Shown piece after piece: positions 59,370 through 64,000 of a stretch of DNA of 64,000 nucleotides. Below the pieces are notes generated by a model. That model saw nothing but the letters and a program-made list of their open reading frames with translations, was not told the origin of the DNA and did not search any database. The stretch is from Desulfatiglandales bacterium. Its GTDB lineage: Bacteria; Desulfobacterota; DSM-4660; Desulfatiglandales; HGW-15. The translations under genes and the position numbers were made by a program. Positions within the stretch are counted from its first letter, which is position 1; every line of letters starts with the position of its first letter. The stretch spans positions 129,728 to 193,727 of the forward strand of contig CAXXJJ010000003.1 of NCBI GenBank assembly GCA_963667015.2. Reading direction: 5' to 3'.

Positions 59370-62300
59370 ATGATAGATAGTTGGCGAAGGATCCTGTTTA
59401 CCGTCCTGTCTTTAATGTCTTTATCCTTTTTTTATTCTCCTTCAATTATTCATGCCAAAGAATCCCCTCCCATGCCATTGGCCCCGGGTGAACCGGAAAA
59501 GGGAAAAATTGATTATTATGAACCTGAATGGTCATCTGATTTTACTTTCATAGACGATGCCGGTGACAGTCGAAAATTTAAAATTCGCGGGGAGAGATGG
59601 TGTTATCAGGTCAGGCTGGGAGAAAGCAAAGAGGCCCAGAAAGAATCTATTCTCCGATGGATAAAAGAGTCAGGGTGTAAACTCATGGCTCAGGGACCTC
59701 AGAATTTAATAGCTGAAAAACAGGACACTTATACTGACAGACTTACTTATTATTTTGAGATTTCAGATAAGCAAACCAGGGTGTGGATATACCTTGAACG
59801 GGCACTTACAAAAGAAAATACCATTACCATGACTATCGGCGGAGAAGGCAGGAAATCCTTTGATGTCTGGATGGATCATGGCGGCAGGCAGTATACCTCG
59901 ATGATTGTGGAATTTGAAAAAGAACAAATTAATTTATACGGGATATTTCGTTCCAGTTTTGACGGGTATGGACGCTCCATGCGTTATAATCATGAGTGCT
60001 GGATTGAACATGGCTCCCGGCAGGCAGTTTTTGATATTCCTCAATATAAAGGTGCCTATAAATGGAGAATCTCCACCAATTCCAAAGTCCCACAAAAAGT
60101 CAGTATCAGGCTCGAACATGGACCGCCTTTACCTGAGTTTGTCGACTGCCCGGGCCTGGGTGCGCTTCGAGTAAGAAATCTTCCCAATACAGCGGTATCA
60201 GTAAAAGAAGAATGGGAATTTTCATCAAAAACCAAATCAATATGGAGCACCAGCCCTGATCGGACCCCTGAAGGTGACGCTATCTTCTGGCTTGCCCCGG
60301 GTTACTGGACAGTCAACGGTGCACCACCCGAGGAAAGCGGATTGAAGTCTGCTGAGGCACACATGGTACCGGTGCATGCGGGTAAAACCACGCAGGTGGA
60401 TTGGCCCCGGTCCTTTTCAACCCTTTTTGCACCAAAAGGAGTAGGCAGGCTCGAGATTCTTGATGCTAAAAATCAGGGTGATACCGCACAGGTAGATGTC
60501 TCCCTTGTAGAACTGGATGAGAATATTCTGCCTGAAGCGGAACGGATGAACTGTTATGAAGGAGGATTGGCCGGAAAAATTATTTCAGTGGAACCCTTGA
60601 AAACACCTCTCAATGTTGTTCTCCTTTTAGATTCATCCGGTTCCATGAAAGGAAGCATGGATCAGGCCCTGGCAGCAGTAAAAACCTTTGTTAAACTTTT
60701 TCCTGAAAATGCAAAAATTACTATTGTGGACTTTGACACGAAACCAAATAAACTTCCTTCAGATAGTCATTCTGGATTGTTGGCGGCTTTAGATAAAGTT
60801 AAGGCAAATGGTGCCACATGTTTGTACGATTCTATTATCCTTGGTATTAACGAGTTAAAAGACAAAGACAGAAGAGCTCTGGTAGTTTTTACCGACGGGG
60901 TGGATGCCAACTGGAATGACACCGGCCCTGGAAGTAAAGCCACAAAAACGGAGGTCATGAAGGCTGTTGAAACCGGAAAAACACCCATATATACCATTGG
61001 TTTTGGAAAAAATCCGGATGTGGACACCCTGACGCGTGTTGCATCTATGTCGGGCGGAATCTATTACGAGGCCCATGACAAAGAAACGCTGGATACTGTT
61101 TTTTCCGGAATTTCCGAAAACCTCGGACGGCAGTACCGTGTTACCTATCAGCGTCCGCAAATGTCAGCTCTTTCCGATGTTCCGGTCATGGCAGTTGTTG
61201 TAGACAACAGCGGCAGTATGGATCATGATCCCAAGCAAAAAGGCTGTGATTATCGAATTCAAAAGGTAAAGGAAATTCTGAAAGAATTCAGAGGTTCACT
61301 GCCAAAAGAATTCCTGGTGCAATTGATCACATTTGAAGATGATGTTTATTTATCCCAGGTCATTACGTCCGATTTGGCCTTCTTTTTTCGTGGATTGTCT
61401 TTGATGAAAGGCTCTGGCGGAACAAATATATTAGGTTCCACACAGTCTGCCCTCGACACCCTGAAAGCTGTGCCTTCCACCCGGAAATATCTTGTTTATC
61501 TGACAGATGCGGCCATGCAGGTGGATAAAAAATATCAGGGCCAGTTGGATACCACACTTTCCAGCCTTAAGGACGAAGGTATACAGAGTCTTTTCATTGG
61601 TGTGGTTGATGCGGATGAAGGCGGTGTTTTTGAGCATGCCGCTAATTTAAGTGGCGGTAGATATGTGATTTCCACGGATCTGTCGAAAGTCAAGGACGCC
61701 TTTACCGAATTGACAAATACAATAGAATCATCAGACCAAAGGGAGAAGCGTCTTTCCCTGCGCTTGACCCTGGCACATCGTGATGAGAAAGGTAAAAACC
61801 GGCTTTTTTCTGCCGGAAGGTTTGTGGATTTTCCCAGACTTCCGGTTTCAGATAAGGTTGTTTCACCGGAAGCACTGGCATGGTCCGTTGAAGGGCCAAT
61901 GGTAGTCTACGATAAAATGGCCGGATCGAATGTTTTTGGCGGTGATCGACTTGCAAGAGATATAAGTGTTGATAAACGAATTCCCCTGGAAGTAACTTCA
62001 AAGGATGAGACCGTTGAACTGGGTGTAAAGGGCCACAATGAAGCTATTGAAATAAAGGCAATGGAGATGGTTTTTCTTTCACGGTTGAGGGGTATGGATC
62101 CTCCACCACGGCATCGTTTTCTGGCCCTGCCACTGACCCTGACGAACAGACTGAAATCTCAAAAGGTCGCTGTTTATAAGGACGGATCACAGCATCCAGC
62201 CGCATGGATGGCCGGATCGGCCGCACCGATACGCTATGAAGAAAAAATACCCCCTTACCTGATTCCTGATCTTACGCGGCATATGTTTTTGACCTGGAAC

Positions 62301-64000
62301 AATGAGATTATTATGCCTGTGTCACCGGCCACATGGCTTTGTGAGGAACCCCTGCTCCTGCCGGGGGAACGCTCTCTTTCCATTTTTCCTGAACAGCCTG
62401 TGACAGGAGCCTGCGCCTTTATCGTGCCAGATACAGAGATGACCCAGGCATCACTTCATTTCTATGATATCAACTATGGTCACATGGACATCCCCATGGT
62501 GGGGGTCATGCCAAAAGTTCCGGTGCCCATAACCGAACTTCCAACCAATGCGCCGAAAAAATTAGGCGATAGCTTTTCCCTGGTGATTTCTAATGTAACG
62601 GATCAACCTCAAATAGGACAGGTCAATGCAGGGGATGGGTTTATCTTCCGTATTGTCGAGGGCTACCTGACCTCCAAAATCCAGGCCCATCTATCAATTA
62701 ATCCCAAAGAAAGGTTTACATACCATCTGCCTACCGAAACCGGAAATTTCGTTTTTTATCTGCATGGCGCAACGGAATATGTCCCCATGGGCTTTTACCG
62801 GCCTACCATGGTAACTCCCGGATCGAGAAATGTCATCCGCATGGCCTTCCGTATGCCAAAGGCTTTAGCTGATCGCACAGAAAAAGGCTATCTGTTTGCG
62901 GATATTTATGGAGGCGGAGTCCATCTGGAGCTTTCCGATGCGCCGGCTCCCTCTTCTAACCTGGGAAAATCTGGTGCATCCGGTCAGGGCATGGAAATAT
63001 ATGTAAACGGTTCCGGGCTGGTAAAGGACAGGGTCGTAGACCGCAGGGGAACCCTTGTTGCAGTGGATATTACCTTTAAAGATGAATCCGACCGGTCCCA
63101 TACACAGCTCGGGCATCTGTTGGTTTTAAAGAAAAAAGGAACTGGTGCAAAGGACTCGGGAGAACACTATGAGCGTCATATGGCTGCGCAATTTGATAAG
63201 GCAGTTGAAAAAAAGGGTCTCAAAAGTTTCGGCCAGGTTGGTGTCGCAGGGGAAGACCTGGTGAAGGCGACCGGTGCCAGTCTGCCCATTTCCATGGAAG
63301 AGAAATACATATTTGGCATGGATGAAAAAAGCGTTATCTTTGACGGCCAGACACGAAGGGGTGTTATGCTTTTTGAACTGCCCGGGGATGAAAAGATTGA
63401 AGACTGGGAAATTGGATCATGGATATTAAAGGACGCTTTCATGCCGATAAGCATCTCACAGTTTGATGAAAAGCTCATCTTTTCTGAACGCCTGATATTA
63501 AAGGATGAAATGGGATCGGGCTTCTGGCAGAAACTGGAAGCAAAGGTTGCTCAACTTCAGGCAGAGCGAAAAGCTGAAGGATATGAGCGTCCCGGGAATG
63601 TAACTGCAAAACCAGTAGACCTTGAGACTGCAGATCTGGGAAAGCAGCCTGTCCCTGTACCTGGTATCAACACTCCCGGAGCACAAAGATTAAAACATGT
63701 TTCCGGCATTGAAGATATCTGGAAGATCATACCTGATCTGCGATGGCTTCCGGGAAATCCCAGGGCATGGCGTCCTCAATATGCCCCTGAGGCTGTGCTT
63801 ACCCAGGGATGGGGTGACCCGTCTGACCTTGCTGCCCTGGCCGAGCGATTACTAAATAAGCAGGGTGTGGTGACGACACGTATCGCAGTCGAACCCACTG
63901 AAGCTGGCAGGCAGGCATTGGCTCAAATGATTCATGCGGAAAATGTTAAGATTGATTCTTTGCCGGCCCTGCTTTTTACCGAAGCCAATGGGAAAGAAAA
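59370..64000 (+). CDS. Large exported protein with two tandem VWA domains, 3' end outside window
   Basis: Hand translation from ATG 59370 shows no stop to the window end; signal peptide; VVLLLDSSGSM (60630) and AVVVDNSGSM (61203). Confidence 0.88.
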   Translation, partial: MIDSWRRILFTVLSLMSLSFFYSPSIIHAKESPPMPLAPGEPEKGKIDYYEPEWSSDFTFIDDAGDSRKFKIRGERWCYQVRLGESKEAQKESILRWIKESGCKLMAQGPQNLIAEKQDTYTDRLTYYFEISDKQTRVWIYLERALTKENTITMTIGGEGRKSFDVWMDHGGRQYTSMIVEFEKEQINLYGIFRSSFDGYGRSMRYNHECWIEHGSRQAVFDIPQYKGAYKWRISTNSKVPQKVSIRLEHGPPLPEFVDCPGLGALRVRNLPNTAVSVKEEWEFSSKTKSIWSTSPDRTPEGDAIFWLAPGYWTVNGAPPEESGLKSAEAHMVPVHAGKTTQVDWPRSFSTLFAPKGVGRLEILDAKNQGDTAQVDVSLVELDENILPEAERMNCYEGGLAGKIISVEPLKTPLNVVLLLDSSGSMKGSMDQALAAVKTFVKLFPENAKITIVDFDTKPNKLPSDSHSGLLAALDKVKANGATCLYDSIILGINELKDKDRRALVVFTDGVDANWNDTGPGSKATKTEVMKAVETGKTPIYTIGFGKNPDVDTLTRVASMSGGIYYEAHDKETLDTVFSGISENLGRQYRVTYQRPQMSALSDVPVMAVVVDNSGSMDHDPKQKGCDYRIQKVKEILKEFRGSLPKEFLVQLITFEDDVYLSQVITSDLAFFFRGLSLMKGSGGTNILGSTQSALDTLKAVPSTRKYLVYLTDAAMQVDKKYQGQLDTTLSSLKDEGIQSLFIGVVDADEGGVFEHAANLSGGRYVISTDLSKVKDAFTELTNTIESSDQREKRLSLRLTLAHRDEKGKNRLFSAGRFVDFPRLPVSDKVVSPEALAWSVEGPMVVYDKMAGSNVFGGDRLARDISVDKRIPLEVTSKDETVELGVKGHNEAIEIKAMEMVFLSRLRGMDPPPRHRFLALPLTLTNRLKSQKVAVYKDGSQHPAAWMAGSAAPIRYEEKIPPYLIPDLTRHMFLTWNNEIIMPVSPATWLCEEPLLLPGERSLSIFPEQPVTGACAFIVPDTEMTQASLHFYDINYGHMDIPMVGVMPKVPVPITELPTNAPKKLGDSFSLVISNVTDQPQIGQVNAGDGFIFRIVEGYLTSKIQAHLSINPKERFTYHLPTETGNFVFYLHGATEYVPMGFYRPTMVTPGSRNVIRMAFRMPKALADRTEKGYLFADIYGGGVHLELSDAPAPSSNLGKSGASGQGMEIYVNGSGLVKDRVVDRRGTLVAVDITFKDESDRSHTQLGHLLVLKKKGTGAKDSGEHYERHMAAQFDKAVEKKGLKSFGQVGVAGEDLVKATGASLPISMEEKYIFGMDEKSVIFDGQTRRGVMLFELPGDEKIEDWEIGSWILKDAFMPISISQFDEKLIFSERLILKDEMGSGFWQKLEAKVAQLQAERKAEGYERPGNVTAKPVDLETADLGKQPVPVPGINTPGAQRLKHVSGIEDIWKIIPDLRWLPGNPRAWRPQYAPEAVLTQGWGDPSDLAALAERLLNKQGVVTTRIAVEPTEAGRQALAQMIHAENVKIDSLPALLFTEANGKE

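Noticed and set aside
1257..63686. Many short ORFs antisense or out of frame within long genes, including all track ORFs after 59900
   Set aside because: Shadows of well-supported genes, including the unlisted VWA ORF
1..64000. CRISPR array, tRNA, rRNA, transposase or integrase
   Set aside because: None recognised by eye; dedicated scans were not run

Overview
AT-rich bacterial DNA, most consistent with an anaerobic deltaproteobacterium (inferred from gene content). 1-32 kb is a metal, mainly iron, acquisition island. It holds a DtxR/IdeR-family repressor, feoB-feoC-feoA, three TonB-dependent receptors, TonB, two PchR/YbtA-like AraC regulators, four small-molecule methyltransferases, a LolA-like/DUF1302-like/MMPL trio, an ABC permease fused to a catalytically dead M1 peptidase, DUF2325, DUF4198 and a DUF1007/RcnA-like pair. 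A palindrome TTAG-N6-CTAA recurs at its promoters, and a 207-bp direct repeat brackets one receptor cassette. 32-35 kb holds rsmE among decayed genes. 35-55 kb has transporters, a UGSC-type selenoprotein split in the ORF track by an in-frame TGA (U-D-S-C plus a SECIS-like hairpin), a sigma54-type MacAB/FtsX operon followed by a six-repeat exported protein, a GntR-ABC unit and an orphan SecY paralog fused to a Zn-ribbon and a DUF2007-like domain. 55-64 kb has a LuxR remnant, a MalT-like/BTAD regulator and a divergent exported ORF of >1540 codons with two VWA domains that is absent from the ORF track. No rRNA, tRNA, CRISPR array or transposase was recognised. Family calls come from recognising motifs by eye, not from database searches.
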